Assembly: GCA_009692115.1 (NCBI GenBank)
Contig: SHZU01000001.1
Span: 68,345-132,344 of the forward strand
DNA from: Gemmatimonadota bacterium
Lineage (GTDB): Bacteria > Gemmatimonadota > Gemmatimonadetes > Gemmatimonadales > GWC2-71-9
Reading direction: 5' to 3'
Length of the DNA stretch: 64,000 nucleotides
Shown here piece after piece: positions 1 to 8,794 of the stretch. The translations under genes and the position numbers were made by a program. Each line of letters starts with the position of its first letter. Position 1 is the stretch's first letter. The notes under the pieces were generated by a model. The model saw only the letters and a program-made list of their open reading frames with translations, did not search any database and was not told the DNA's origin.

Positions 1-20
1 CACCACCCTTAATCCGTCCC

Positions 21-1361
21 TTAGCGGGCCCGGACCAGGTTGGGGTTGTTGTCGCGCTCGACGTCCGGGAGGGGGAGGCACCGGAGGTCGCCGTACTGGC
101 CGCCTTTGTTCCGGATGCTGCCATCCGGATTCGGCGGCATGAAAGGCACGCCGACCGCCGGGCTGAGAGGCAGGTTGAACCGATTGGTATCGTAGAACCG
201 GTGACCTTCGAGGAACAACTCCCGCGACCGTTCCTCGACGATCTGACCGAGGATCTCGGTGGCCACGGTGCTTGCGAAGGCCGGAAGCCCGACCGCCGTG
301 TGAAGGGCATTGATGATCGGCACGGCAGCCGAGGGACCGACCAGATGGTAGTCGGCTTCGGCCACGATCAGTTGCGCCTCCTGGTACTTGGCCAGGGCAA
401 TCGGCGCAGCTTGCGAATTGTACTTCTGGGCCAGGTACACGTTCTTGGTCAGGTTGTCCTGTCCAATCGAGCCGGAGGTGACCCGGACCCGCGTATCGGG
501 CGTCCCGTTGAACGTCATGGCCCAATACCGCGGGGCCACGCCGAAGAGCCGGCTCTCGGTGTTCCGGGTGAAGAGCATGTTCCGGGAATACGTGGAGGCA
601 CTGTTGAACGGGACGCTATACAGAAACCCGGCCGGCACCAAAGCCGCGTCGGCCCTTGCCTCCGTCAGCTTGCCGGTCACCACTGCCGCGCCGGGAAGCT
701 TGGCGAGATTGAGCCGAGCCCGAGCCCGGCCGACCCGCGCGGCGTTCAGGAGCGAGGTGTTGTTCGCGGTCGTCGCCGAGGCAATGGCGTCGGTGAACTT
801 GGTCTCGGCCAGGGCAAAGACCTGGGCCGGGGTCAGTTCCGGTCCGCCGTCGACCGTCCCCGAGCAGAAGCCTTCGCCCAGCAGGAGGTGCGAATAGCCC
901 GAAAACAGCGACGCCGTTGCCAGCAGCGCCACCCGGCCGGGCACCTCGGCATCGGTGAAGGTGGCCAAATTGGTGGACGCCAAATCGGCCGTGTAGCGGG
1001 CAGTCTGCAGGGCCGTGTAGATCCCGAACTGCTGGCCCCCGTCGCAGCCGGCGGTGGCGAAATTTCCGCCAACCTTCAGGATGCTTCGGCGGTCCCAATC
1101 CCACCCGGCGGCGGCGAGTTGGGTGTCTTCGAGTTCGTCAGTCAGCAAGCCCCCGCCGGTGACGTACGCCTGGAGCACACAGCCGAACGACGCGCGGGCG
1201 CCGTCCACGATGAGCTTGGCGGCTGCTGGGCCTTGGAGGGTTTCTTCGAGCACCCGGCTGGGCGCGGCCTGATCGAGCAACTGGCCGCATCCAACCAGAC
1301 CCACGGTGAGCCCGGTGGCAGCGGCCCCGCGGTTCAGGAGTCTCATGAAGGAAGTACGCAT
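21..1361 (-). CDS. RagB/SusD-family nutrient-binding outer-membrane lipoprotein
   Basis: Track ORF 21..1559(-). An internal ATG at 1361 gives MRTSFMRLLNRGAAATGLTVGLVGC (signal peptide plus lipobox Cys). The C-terminal ...CLPLPDVERDNNPNL is SusD-like. The gene lies 20 nt downstream of the SusC-like gene. Confidence 0.85.
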   Translation of the reverse strand: MRTSFMRLLNRGAAATGLTVGLVGCGQLLDQAAPSRVLEETLQGPAAAKLIVDGARASFGCVLQAYVTGGGLLTDELEDTQLAAAGWDWDRRSILKVGGNFATAGCDGGQQFGIYTALQTARYTADLASTNLATFTDAEVPGRVALLATASLFSGYSHLLLGEGFCSGTVDGGPELTPAQVFALAETKFTDAIASATTANNTSLLNAARVGRARARLNLAKLPGAAVVTGKLTEARADAALVPAGFLYSVPFNSASTYSRNMLFTRNTESRLFGVAPRYWAMTFNGTPDTRVRVTSGSIGQDNLTKNVYLAQKYNSQAAPIALAKYQEAQLIVAEADYHLVGPSAAVPIINALHTAVGLPAFASTVATEILGQIVEERSRELFLEGHRFYDTNRFNLPLSPAVGVPFMPPNPDGSIRNKGGQYGDLRCLPLPDVERDNNPNLVRAR

Positions 1362-1381
1362 ATAGTCAGGTCCTCGATTGG

Positions 1382-4369
1382 TCAGAAAGTCAGGTTGAGC
1401 GAGATATTGATCGACGCGAGCTGCGGCGTCTGGTCCTGCTCCAGCCGGACGAACTGCTGGGTGACGAAATACGACTCCGGATCGAGCCCGCTGTACCCGG
1501 TCCAGGTATGAAGATTCCGGGCCGAGAGCGACACGCTGCCGTCCGCCGCGCGGAACCACTTGGCGATGCCGCGGGGCAGCTGATAGGCCACCGACAACTC
1601 GCGGAGTTTGATGAAGTCAGCCTTGCTGGTCACGAAGGACGTGACGGTACCGGCCGTCGCGATCTCGGCGACGACCTTCGGGTCGTACTTGTCCGGATTG
1701 AAGTTCTCATCGCACCGGAAAAACACCTGGCAAAGGGCCCGGCGGTTGTTGTCGGTGTGGACGTTGCCGGCCTTGAAATCGGCCAAGCCGTACAGGCGGA
1801 ACCGGTTCCACAGCGTGACCGTGGCACTCAACGCGCCTTCGGTGGTCGGGTCGTACTGGCCACCGAGCACCAGGGCTCCCGAACTGCAGGCAACGCCCGC
1901 ACCACCAACGCCGTCATCGCAAAGGACATTGATCGCCCGGCGAGTGGTCGGGTCGTAGGTCGCGGCAATCACCTTCCGGTGGTACCGGGCATTCACCGGA
2001 TCGCCCAGCGTGGGCTGGCCAGCCCCGAGGGATTTCTTGGCGGTCCCGTCCGGGTTGAGGCCCAGGTCGGTAACCTTGTTCTTGATGTAGGAAAGCGAGA
2101 ACCGAAGGTCCAGGCTCACGTCCTTCCGCTCGAGCGGACGGCCGTAGGCTTCGACTTCGATCCCTCGGTTTCGCACGGCCCCGATGTTGACGAACTGGGT
2201 CCCGGCAAACCCGAGCGAGGGCGCCAGGCTCTGGAGCAAAATCGCGTCCTTGGTGGTCTTGGTGAACGCCGTGATGCCGAAGCCGAGCCGGTCTCCGAGC
2301 AGCCCAGCGTCGGCCCCGACTTCGATTTCCGCGGCGCGTTCCGGTTTTAGGTCCGGGTTCCCGACAAACTCCGGAATCGGTGCGGCCGAGCCGTCACCAC
2401 CGGTGACCGCGCGCCAACTCCGGATGGCCGCGAACGCCACCGGTTGTTGGCCCGACTGGCCATACGCCGCGCGAAGCTTCAGGGTGTTGAGCAAGCCCTC
2501 GCCGTTTTCCTTGGCGATGTACGAGCCGCTGATTTTCGGATAGGCGATCAAGTCGAAATTGTCACCGAACGCGCTGTTGTTGTCGACCCGGACGGCGCCG
2601 GTCAGATAGAACTTGTCCTTCCAACCGAACTGCTGCTGGAGGTAGACGCCCAGGGTCGCGTTCTCGACGAAGTCCTCGGCGGAAGTCGTGATCGCCGTGG
2701 CCAAGACCGTTTCGAGGCCCGGGGCCACGAACTGCGAGCCGTTGGCGGTCAGGTCGTCGGTGCGCCGCTTGAAATACTGGGCGCCGAAGGAGGTGGATGA
2801 GTTGATCGCCGAGGTCAACTTGGCCCGCGCCGTGGCGCTGTAGTCGAACGAGGTGTAGTTCACCGTCCGGCGGTTCTTGAACTTGCCGCCAAGGGCGCCG
2901 ATGCCGGGATTGAACTGGACCCATTCCGGCTTCAAGAAGCGATTGAGTTGCTCGGCGGCCTGGTCGGTTTGGTCGAGCCCGACCGTGAACTTCTGCGACA
3001 ACCAAGTGGTGGGCCGGTGGTTGATGGTGACACTGGTGGTGAACCGGTTCACCGAGAGGACCGCCTGCCGCGCGCCCCACTGGTACTCCGGCGGCGCGCC
3101 GTTGTAGCCCCGCCGCGGGGTGTTGAGCAGGGCCGGGTCGCCGAAGATCGTCGAGAACCAGATCCCGCCCGAGCCGGCCTCAAAGGCCTGGTTGACTTTG
3201 CTCTTGACGAAGCCGAAGCTCATGTTGACGTCGTACTTTTCTCCGCCCGCAATCGACACGTTGGCGTTGGTGGACATCCGGCGGAGATAGTTCGTCGGCT
3301 CGATCCCGTTGTCGGCGTCGAAGCTCGATCCGAGGTGATACCGGACCGCATCGGTGCCGCCGCTCACGGTCAAGCCATACCCCATCAGGTAGCCGTTCTC
3401 GAACAGCGGCCGATCGACCTTTCCGAGGTTGAAGAGCGAATCCTCTTGGCGGACCGGATTCCAGGCCGTGAGAACGCAGGTCGCTGAGGGCACTCCGCAG
3501 GCGGCGCCGTTGGCGGTGCTGATCCCGTTGAGCGGCTGAATGATCCGGCCTTCCGGGTTCATGAACCAGTTGGTGCCCTGGCGGATCGACATCCCGATCA
3601 CCGGCCGCTGGCCCGCTTTCCCTCGCTTGGTGATGATTTGAATGACGCCGTTGGTCGCCTCGGTGCCGTAGAGCGTGGCGGCCGCCGGCCCCTTGATGAT
3701 TTCAATGCTCTCGATCTGGTCGGGGTCGATGTCGTTGAGCCGGGAACTGATGCCCGACCCGAATCCCTGGACCGAAATGCCCTGCGACACGTCGTTGTTG
3801 ACCCGGGCCCCGTCGATGTAGATGAGCGGGTTGCCGTTCAAGCTGAAGCTATTGACGCCGCGAATCCGGATCTGGGGTCCGGACCCGACTTGGCCCGTCC
3901 CCGGGATTACCACCACACCGGGGGCCCGGCTGTTGATCAGGTTCGAGATGTCGGGCGCCGGCGCAAAGGCCTGCTGGTCGGCCGCATGGACCGTGGACAT
4001 CGAGTTCCCGAGCGAGCGCTTCTCGATCGCTTCCGGGGTACCGGTCACGACGATCTCGGCGAGGTTGACGGCCTGCTCACTGATCGTAATCCGAATGTCG
4101 GTCTTGCCAACGGCCGACATGACCGTGATGGGCCGGTAGCCGATCATACTGACCCGGATCGACACTTCAGTGCCCGAGAGACCGCTCAGCGTGAACCGTC
4201 CACGGGCGTCGGTGCGGACGTCCTTGGAGTTCGCCGAAACCCGGGCTCCTTCCAGGGGCCGGCCGGACCGACCTTCGAGCACCACGCCCGAGACTTCTTG
4301 GGCGGCGGCCCGACCGGCGGCGAGGGCCACTAGCGTGGCGGCAATTCCAAGGAACCGTTTCCACCTCAT
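1382..4369 (-). CDS. SusC/RagA-type TonB-dependent outer-membrane receptor
   Basis: Track ORF 1382..4513(-). ATG at 4369 gives the signal peptide MRWKRFLGIAATLVALAAGRAAAQ. Next come a CarboxypepD_reg-like N-domain (VSGVVLEGRSGRPLEGARV...GRFTLSGL) and a plug motif (IRIRGVNSFSLNGNPLIYIDGARV). The protein ends in a terminal Phe (...ISLNLTF). Confidence 0.9.
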   Translation of the reverse strand: MRWKRFLGIAATLVALAAGRAAAQEVSGVVLEGRSGRPLEGARVSANSKDVRTDARGRFTLSGLSGTEVSIRVSMIGYRPITVMSAVGKTDIRITISEQAVNLAEIVVTGTPEAIEKRSLGNSMSTVHAADQQAFAPAPDISNLINSRAPGVVVIPGTGQVGSGPQIRIRGVNSFSLNGNPLIYIDGARVNNDVSQGISVQGFGSGISSRLNDIDPDQIESIEIIKGPAAATLYGTEATNGVIQIITKRGKAGQRPVIGMSIRQGTNWFMNPEGRIIQPLNGISTANGAACGVPSATCVLTAWNPVRQEDSLFNLGKVDRPLFENGYLMGYGLTVSGGTDAVRYHLGSSFDADNGIEPTNYLRRMSTNANVSIAGGEKYDVNMSFGFVKSKVNQAFEAGSGGIWFSTIFGDPALLNTPRRGYNGAPPEYQWGARQAVLSVNRFTTSVTINHRPTTWLSQKFTVGLDQTDQAAEQLNRFLKPEWVQFNPGIGALGGKFKNRRTVNYTSFDYSATARAKLTSAINSSTSFGAQYFKRRTDDLTANGSQFVAPGLETVLATAITTSAEDFVENATLGVYLQQQFGWKDKFYLTGAVRVDNNSAFGDNFDLIAYPKISGSYIAKENGEGLLNTLKLRAAYGQSGQQPVAFAAIRSWRAVTGGDGSAAPIPEFVGNPDLKPERAAEIEVGADAGLLGDRLGFGITAFTKTTKDAILLQSLAPSLGFAGTQFVNIGAVRNRGIEVEAYGRPLERKDVSLDLRFSLSYIKNKVTDLGLNPDGTAKKSLGAGQPTLGDPVNARYHRKVIAATYDPTTRRAINVLCDDGVGGAGVACSSGALVLGGQYDPTTEGALSATVTLWNRFRLYGLADFKAGNVHTDNNRRALCQVFFRCDENFNPDKYDPKVVAEIATAGTVTSFVTSKADFIKLRELSVAYQLPRGIAKWFRAADGSVSLSARNLHTWTGYSGLDPESYFVTQQFVRLEQDQTPQLASINISLNLTF

Positions 4370-4484
4370 ACGCTTCTCCAGATTCAGGGACGTTCGCACA
4401 CCCACGGGCGCGTTTTTCCGGCGCCGTTTGTGTGTACGGTTATGTAATGAATAGAACAATATCCAATGAAGGGATTGGGTGCAA
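4370..4484 (-). promoter_or_regulatory. GntR-SusC intergenic region with the only AT-rich patch nearby (candidate SusC promoter/operator)
   Basis: The 115-nt gap contains gttatgtaatgaatagaacaatatccaatgaa (about 4438-4470) in an otherwise GC-rich context. On the minus strand it reads TTGGAT-17nt-ATAACC. No clean palindrome was seen. Confidence 0.25.
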
Positions 4485-5228
4485 CTACCATGACCCCGAT
4501 TCGCCCCGGGCATCGATGACCAACCGGAGCCGGGCGGCGGCGTTCCGCCAGTTGGTGCGGACCGCGTCCTGGGCGCCCCGCCCCGACCCGGTCGCGATCT
4601 CGGCGACGACCGCGGCGTGTTCGACGACCGACGTTGGGATCGCCTCGGTCAAGGCGGTCTGGTAGATCCGGACGTAGCGCTCGATCTGGGGCTTGATGGC
4701 CAGGTGGAGGCCGAGGAGCCGGGGGCCGGCACCGGCTTCGACGTAGAGCCAATGGAAGTTGGTGTCGAGCGCAAACAACCGGTCGCCATCGGGCCGGGGC
4801 GCCGCGGCGGTCCGGCGATACTCCTCGTTGACCCGGTTGAGATCCGCCACCAAGCTCTGGCGCGGTGTCGGCGCCAATTGGGAGGCGTTTTCCGCGGCCA
4901 GACCTTCGATCTCCGCCACCACCTGAAACAATTCAACCGCATCCGCGCTGGTCAGCGGCGCCACGGCGATCCGGCCCTTGAGCCCGGTCGTCCCGCCCCG
5001 GACGAAGCCCTCTTGCTGGAGCCGCTGGAGCGCCCCGCGCACTGAAGTCCGGCTCGCCCCGAGCCGGCTGACGACCTGGGCCTCGACCAACCGAGCCCCG
5101 GGGGCGAGCCGGCCCCGCACCACCAAGTCGCGGAGCTCTTCGTACACCTCGACCACCCGATCGGGCCGACCGGCACCCGGCGGGCGAGCTTCAACCCGCG
5201 GGGCTCGTTTGCGGCTCGTAGGCGTCAT
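4485..5228 (-). CDS. GntR-family transcriptional regulator (FCD-type C-domain)
   Basis: Track ORF 4485..5381(-), with ATG at 5228 (MTPTSRKRAP...). The GntR wHTH reads VYEELRDLVVRGRLAPGARLVEAQVVSRLGASRTSVRGALQRLQQEGFV, followed by a helical FCD-like C-terminus. Confidence 0.8.
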   Translation of the reverse strand: MTPTSRKRAPRVEARPPGAGRPDRVVEVYEELRDLVVRGRLAPGARLVEAQVVSRLGASRTSVRGALQRLQQEGFVRGGTTGLKGRIAVAPLTSADAVELFQVVAEIEGLAAENASQLAPTPRQSLVADLNRVNEEYRRTAAAPRPDGDRLFALDTNFHWLYVEAGAGPRLLGLHLAIKPQIERYVRIYQTALTEAIPTSVVEHAAVVAEIATGSGRGAQDAVRTNWRNAAARLRLVIDARGESGSW

Positions 5229-5239
5229 GACATCAGGCC

Positions 5240-5581
5240 TCAGGTCCAGGTTTTCCAGATCGGCTCGGCCGGGCCCACCGTGAGGTGCTGCTGGTACCGG
5301 ACCAAGGGCAGTTTCAACGCCAGCGGCTCTTCGACCAACTTGTCGAGCCAGGTTTGATCGCCGTAGCGGGCAACGCCCCACCCGAGTTCGGCGAACCGCT
5401 TCGAGGTGGTATCAATCAGGGCCGACACCCCGAATTTTTGAGCAAACCGAGTCAGTTCGCCCGGGGAAGGACCCCGGACCCCAAAGTCGACGAAATGGGT
5501 CTTGACGCGCCGTTCCGCGAAGAACCGGAGCGCGGTGCGGGTTTCCGCGCTCTTCTTGACGCCGAACACTTGAACCTCCAT
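5240..5581 (-). CDS. ArsC/Spx/YffB-fold protein lacking the redox cysteines
   Basis: 113-aa ORF starting MEVQVFGVKKSAETRTALRFF. It aligns to the YGIKNCDTCKKA / SPSCTSCRKA N-terminus of the ArsC/Spx family, with Ser and Thr in place of both Cys. Confidence 0.6.
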   Translation of the reverse strand: MEVQVFGVKKSAETRTALRFFAERRVKTHFVDFGVRGPSPGELTRFAQKFGVSALIDTTSKRFAELGWGVARYGDQTWLDKLVEEPLALKLPLVRYQQHLTVGPAEPIWKTWT

Positions 5582-5647
5582 GGATCGGAATCTACACTAT
5601 GAAGCGGGTCGCGCCGGTCAACCTCAAGCAAGTCGGTCAGCCGCCGG

Positions 5648-7591
5648 TCAAGTAGGGGACCCGAACCGTTCCAAGTCGACCGACGACCGCTCCCACTCGG
5701 CCATCGCCGCCTCAAGGTCTCGCTTCGCGGCTTCGAGCGACCGGCCGAGTTCCTTGGACTTCCGGGCGCCATCGCCGGACCCGTAGAGCCCCGGATCATC
5801 GAGCGCGGCCGTGAGCTTGGCCACCGTCGACTCGGCGGATTGGACCCGCTGCTCGGCGGCGTCCATGGCCCGCTTGGCCGCAGTGGCCGGCTTGGGACCC
5901 TTGGGCTTCTCGGTGCCTTTTGCCCGGGCCAGTTTCTCCCGCTCCCGCGTCGCCGCTTTGGCCGCGTTGGTGGATGCCGCGGTCGCCCGGCGCTTGTCCT
6001 TTTCCTTCTCCTCCCACTCTTCGAACCCGCCCGCGAAATCCTCGATCACGCCGTCGTTGAGGACCCAAGTCCGGGTCGTGAGTCCCCGAAGGAGGGCTCG
6101 ATCGTGGCTCACCAGCAAGACGGTGGCGTCGAAAGCATCGATCGCGTCTTCCAAACCCTCGATGGTTTCGACGTCGAGATGGTTGGTGGGCTCGTCGAAT
6201 ACCAGCAGATTCGCTTGGGTCAACATCAGCCGCCCCATGGCCACCCGGGCCAACTCGCCGCCGGAGAGGCTCTCGGGCTTCCGTTTGACCGAATCGCCGG
6301 AGAAGCCGACCCGGCCAAGGTGATCTTGGACTTGGCCCCGGTTCCACGTCGGGCGGAGGTCGTGAATCAAATCGAAGAGAGACTTGTCGCGCGGCACATC
6401 GGCCAAGTCCTGGCGGTAGTAGCCGACCACGATCGAGTCGCCGATCTTGGCGGCCCCGCGGGTCGGTTCGCGCTGGCCCAGGAGCACTGACAGCAGGGTC
6501 GACTTGCCGGTGCCGTTCGGACCCACCAGGCCGATCACGTCGCCCCGTCGGACGGAGGTGGTGAAGTCGTGGAGCAGCGTTCGGTCGCCGATGTCGACGC
6601 CAAGCCGGTCGGTGCTCAGGACCTGATCGCCGCCCCGGGACTGGGCCTCGAACCGGACTGCCATGACCGAGGCATCATCGGGCGGCGCGGTGAGCCGCGG
6701 CAACCGAGACAGCCGGCGTTCCCGGCCCTTGGCCTGAAGCGCGAGTTGCCCGGCCTTATTCCGGCGGATGTAGTCCTCTTCCTTGGCGACGATCTTGGCC
6801 TGCTTATCGAAGGCCCGCTGGGCCGAGAGCCGGGCATGGGCCCGTTGCTCGCCGAAGGTTCGGTAGTTGCCGGTGTAGGCGGTGGCGGTCCGGTTTTCGA
6901 GATGGAGGATGTGATCGGCCACCGCGTCGAGGAAGGCTCGATCGTGGCTGATGATGAGCGTCGTCACGCCCGAACTCTTGAGATGGCCTTCCAGCCACTC
7001 AATCCCGTGGATGTCCAAGTGGTTGGTCGGCTCGTCGAGCAGCAGCAGGTCGGCTTTAGCCGCAAGTTGGGCGGCAAGGGCAATCCGCCCCCGTTCGCCG
7101 CCCGACAACGTCGTGACCAGTTGGTCGCGGGCCGCGACCGGATCAAAGCCCAGCCCGTCCAGAATCGCGTCGACCCGGGCGGTCACCTCATAGCCGCCCT
7201 CGTGTTCGAACCGTTCGAGATCGTGTCCGTACTGGTCGAGCAATTCCTGGGACAGGCTATCGCCCGCTTCGCTCATGGCAATGGCATCTTCGGCCAGTTT
7301 GACCTCGAGCCGCCGGAGTTCCTTATACGCCCCCGCCGCGGCCTCCCACACGGTGTCGGCGCCTTCGAAGGTGCGGTGCTGATCCAGCACCGCCACCTTG
7401 ATGCCCTGCGACTTCGTCACCACCCCTTCGGCCGGGGTGAGGTCGCCGGTGATCACTTCAAACAGCGAAGTCTTCCCGATCCCGTTCCGACCGATGATGC
7501 CCCACCGCTCGCCGTCCTGCATCTGGAACGAGACGTCTTTCAAAATCGTGGTGTCGGCAAACCGCACCGCGATACCGGCTAAACCCAACAT
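5648..7591 (-). CDS. ABC-F family ATPase (two ABC cassettes, no TM domain)
   Basis: Walker A motifs GRNGIGKTS and GPNGTGKST. Signature motifs LSGGERGR and LSGGELAR. Lys/Ala/Glu-rich C-terminal coiled coil. The ATG at 7591 lies 2 nt after the upstream stop. Confidence 0.85.
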   Translation of the reverse strand: MLGLAGIAVRFADTTILKDVSFQMQDGERWGIIGRNGIGKTSLFEVITGDLTPAEGVVTKSQGIKVAVLDQHRTFEGADTVWEAAAGAYKELRRLEVKLAEDAIAMSEAGDSLSQELLDQYGHDLERFEHEGGYEVTARVDAILDGLGFDPVAARDQLVTTLSGGERGRIALAAQLAAKADLLLLDEPTNHLDIHGIEWLEGHLKSSGVTTLIISHDRAFLDAVADHILHLENRTATAYTGNYRTFGEQRAHARLSAQRAFDKQAKIVAKEEDYIRRNKAGQLALQAKGRERRLSRLPRLTAPPDDASVMAVRFEAQSRGGDQVLSTDRLGVDIGDRTLLHDFTTSVRRGDVIGLVGPNGTGKSTLLSVLLGQREPTRGAAKIGDSIVVGYYRQDLADVPRDKSLFDLIHDLRPTWNRGQVQDHLGRVGFSGDSVKRKPESLSGGELARVAMGRLMLTQANLLVFDEPTNHLDVETIEGLEDAIDAFDATVLLVSHDRALLRGLTTRTWVLNDGVIEDFAGGFEEWEEKEKDKRRATAASTNAAKAATREREKLARAKGTEKPKGPKPATAAKRAMDAAEQRVQSAESTVAKLTAALDDPGLYGSGDGARKSKELGRSLEAAKRDLEAAMAEWERSSVDLERFGSPT

Positions 7592-7593
7592 GG

Positions 7594-8691
7594 TTACGCT
7601 TTCGCCATCCGCCCGCGGGCCGCGATCGGCCACACGGTTTCGACCCGGTCGCCCCGGACCCCATGGATGAAATCATTGAGATGGGTCACGATGCAGACGT
7701 GATTCGGGATGATCCGGACCAGGTCGCCGACCTTGGGCTTCCAGGTGCTCTGGCTCAAATCGAGAATCCCGTGCTCTTCGGACATGCCTTTGACGGTGAC
7801 CTCGGGATGATCGACCAATTCCCCGAACCCGACCCCGCTGCCGACCCGGAGCGGCTCGCGGCCTAACGCCTTGGCCCCGGCATCGCAGACCGCCTGGCCG
7901 GGCACCGAGGTGCTGATGATGGTGGCCAGGATCGTAAAGGCACAGTCCTCGCGCGCCGCCGCGCCGGTCGAGACGATCTCCCGGTCGTTGTAGATGTAGG
8001 TGCCGGGCCGGATTTCCGTGAGGCCATGAATCTCATGGGACTCGAACGCGGTCGGCGTCGACCCCCCGCTCACGATGGCCGGCTTGACCCCCGCCGCGTC
8101 GAACGCCGCCAGCCACGTCGTGCTGTCGCTGTTGAGCTTCGCCATCAGTTCCTGCCGCTCGGCCGGGGCCCCCCGGATGTGCCCGGGGTAGAAATTGACC
8201 CCGGCAAATTCGAGCGGCGGCAGCGACCGAACCAGCTTCGCGAGCCGGATTCCTTCCTCGATGGTGCTGACCCCGACCCGGTGCATGCCCAAGTCACATT
8301 CGATCAGCACCCGCACCGGCCGGTTGGCGGCCCGCGCCGCGGCCGCCAGCCCTTCAATGGCCTCCGCGGAGTCCAGCGCCACCATCAGGCGGACATGCGT
8401 TGGCAACGCCATGAGCCGGGCCAGCCGCGCCGAGCCGACCGGCGGATAGGCCACCAACACATCATCGGTCAGGTCGGCCATCACTTCGGCTTCATGGGTC
8501 GTGGCACAGGTCAGGCCGACCGCACCACGCCGAATCTGCTCCGACGAGAGCCGGGGCGACTTGTGGGTCTTCACGTGGGGACGAAGACCGAGGCCGTACT
8601 GCTTGGCGTAGGCCGCCATCCGATCGAGGTTCCGGTCGAGAACGTCGAGGTCGACGAGGGGAACGGGCGTTTCGAGTTCAGTCAGGCGCAT
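7594..8691 (-). CDS. D-TA/DSD1-family PLP enzyme (D-threonine aldolase / D-serine dehydratase-like)
   Basis: Track ORF 7594..8949(-), with ATG at 8691 (MRLTELETPVPLVDLDVLDRNL). PLP-Lys motif RPHVKTHKSP and an alanine-racemase-N-like fold signature. Confidence 0.7.
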   Translation of the reverse strand: MRLTELETPVPLVDLDVLDRNLDRMAAYAKQYGLGLRPHVKTHKSPRLSSEQIRRGAVGLTCATTHEAEVMADLTDDVLVAYPPVGSARLARLMALPTHVRLMVALDSAEAIEGLAAAARAANRPVRVLIECDLGMHRVGVSTIEEGIRLAKLVRSLPPLEFAGVNFYPGHIRGAPAERQELMAKLNSDSTTWLAAFDAAGVKPAIVSGGSTPTAFESHEIHGLTEIRPGTYIYNDREIVSTGAAAREDCAFTILATIISTSVPGQAVCDAGAKALGREPLRVGSGVGFGELVDHPEVTVKGMSEEHGILDLSQSTWKPKVGDLVRIIPNHVCIVTHLNDFIHGVRGDRVETVWPIAARGRMAKA

Positions 8692-8739
8692 GGGAAACCG
8701 GGTTTGGAAGGGCGGTAATCTAGCCGGGGGCGCGGTCCA

Positions 8740-8768
8740 TTGCCCCAGCACTCCGGAGCCGGTACAAT
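8740..8768 (+). promoter_or_regulatory. Candidate sigma70-type promoter for the S10-S15-beta-lactamase-like operon
   Basis: TTGCCC (8740-8745), a 17-nt spacer, then TACAAT (8763-8768), 26 nt upstream of the ATG at 8795 in the divergent intergenic region. Confidence 0.4.
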
Positions 8769-8794
8769 CGGGCAGACTCTCACCGGAACATCTG

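Noticed and set aside
201-1511. 436-aa ORF on the plus strand, opposite the SusD-like gene
   Set aside because: The translation is Arg/Gly/Pro-rich and low-complexity, typical of an antisense shadow ORF in high-GC DNA. The minus-strand gene has clear family motifs and a lipobox.
4370-4484. A GntR operator palindrome in the SusC upstream region
   Set aside because: I looked for GT-N-AC type inverted repeats in the AT-rich patch and found none convincing. The region is reported only as a low-confidence regulatory feature.
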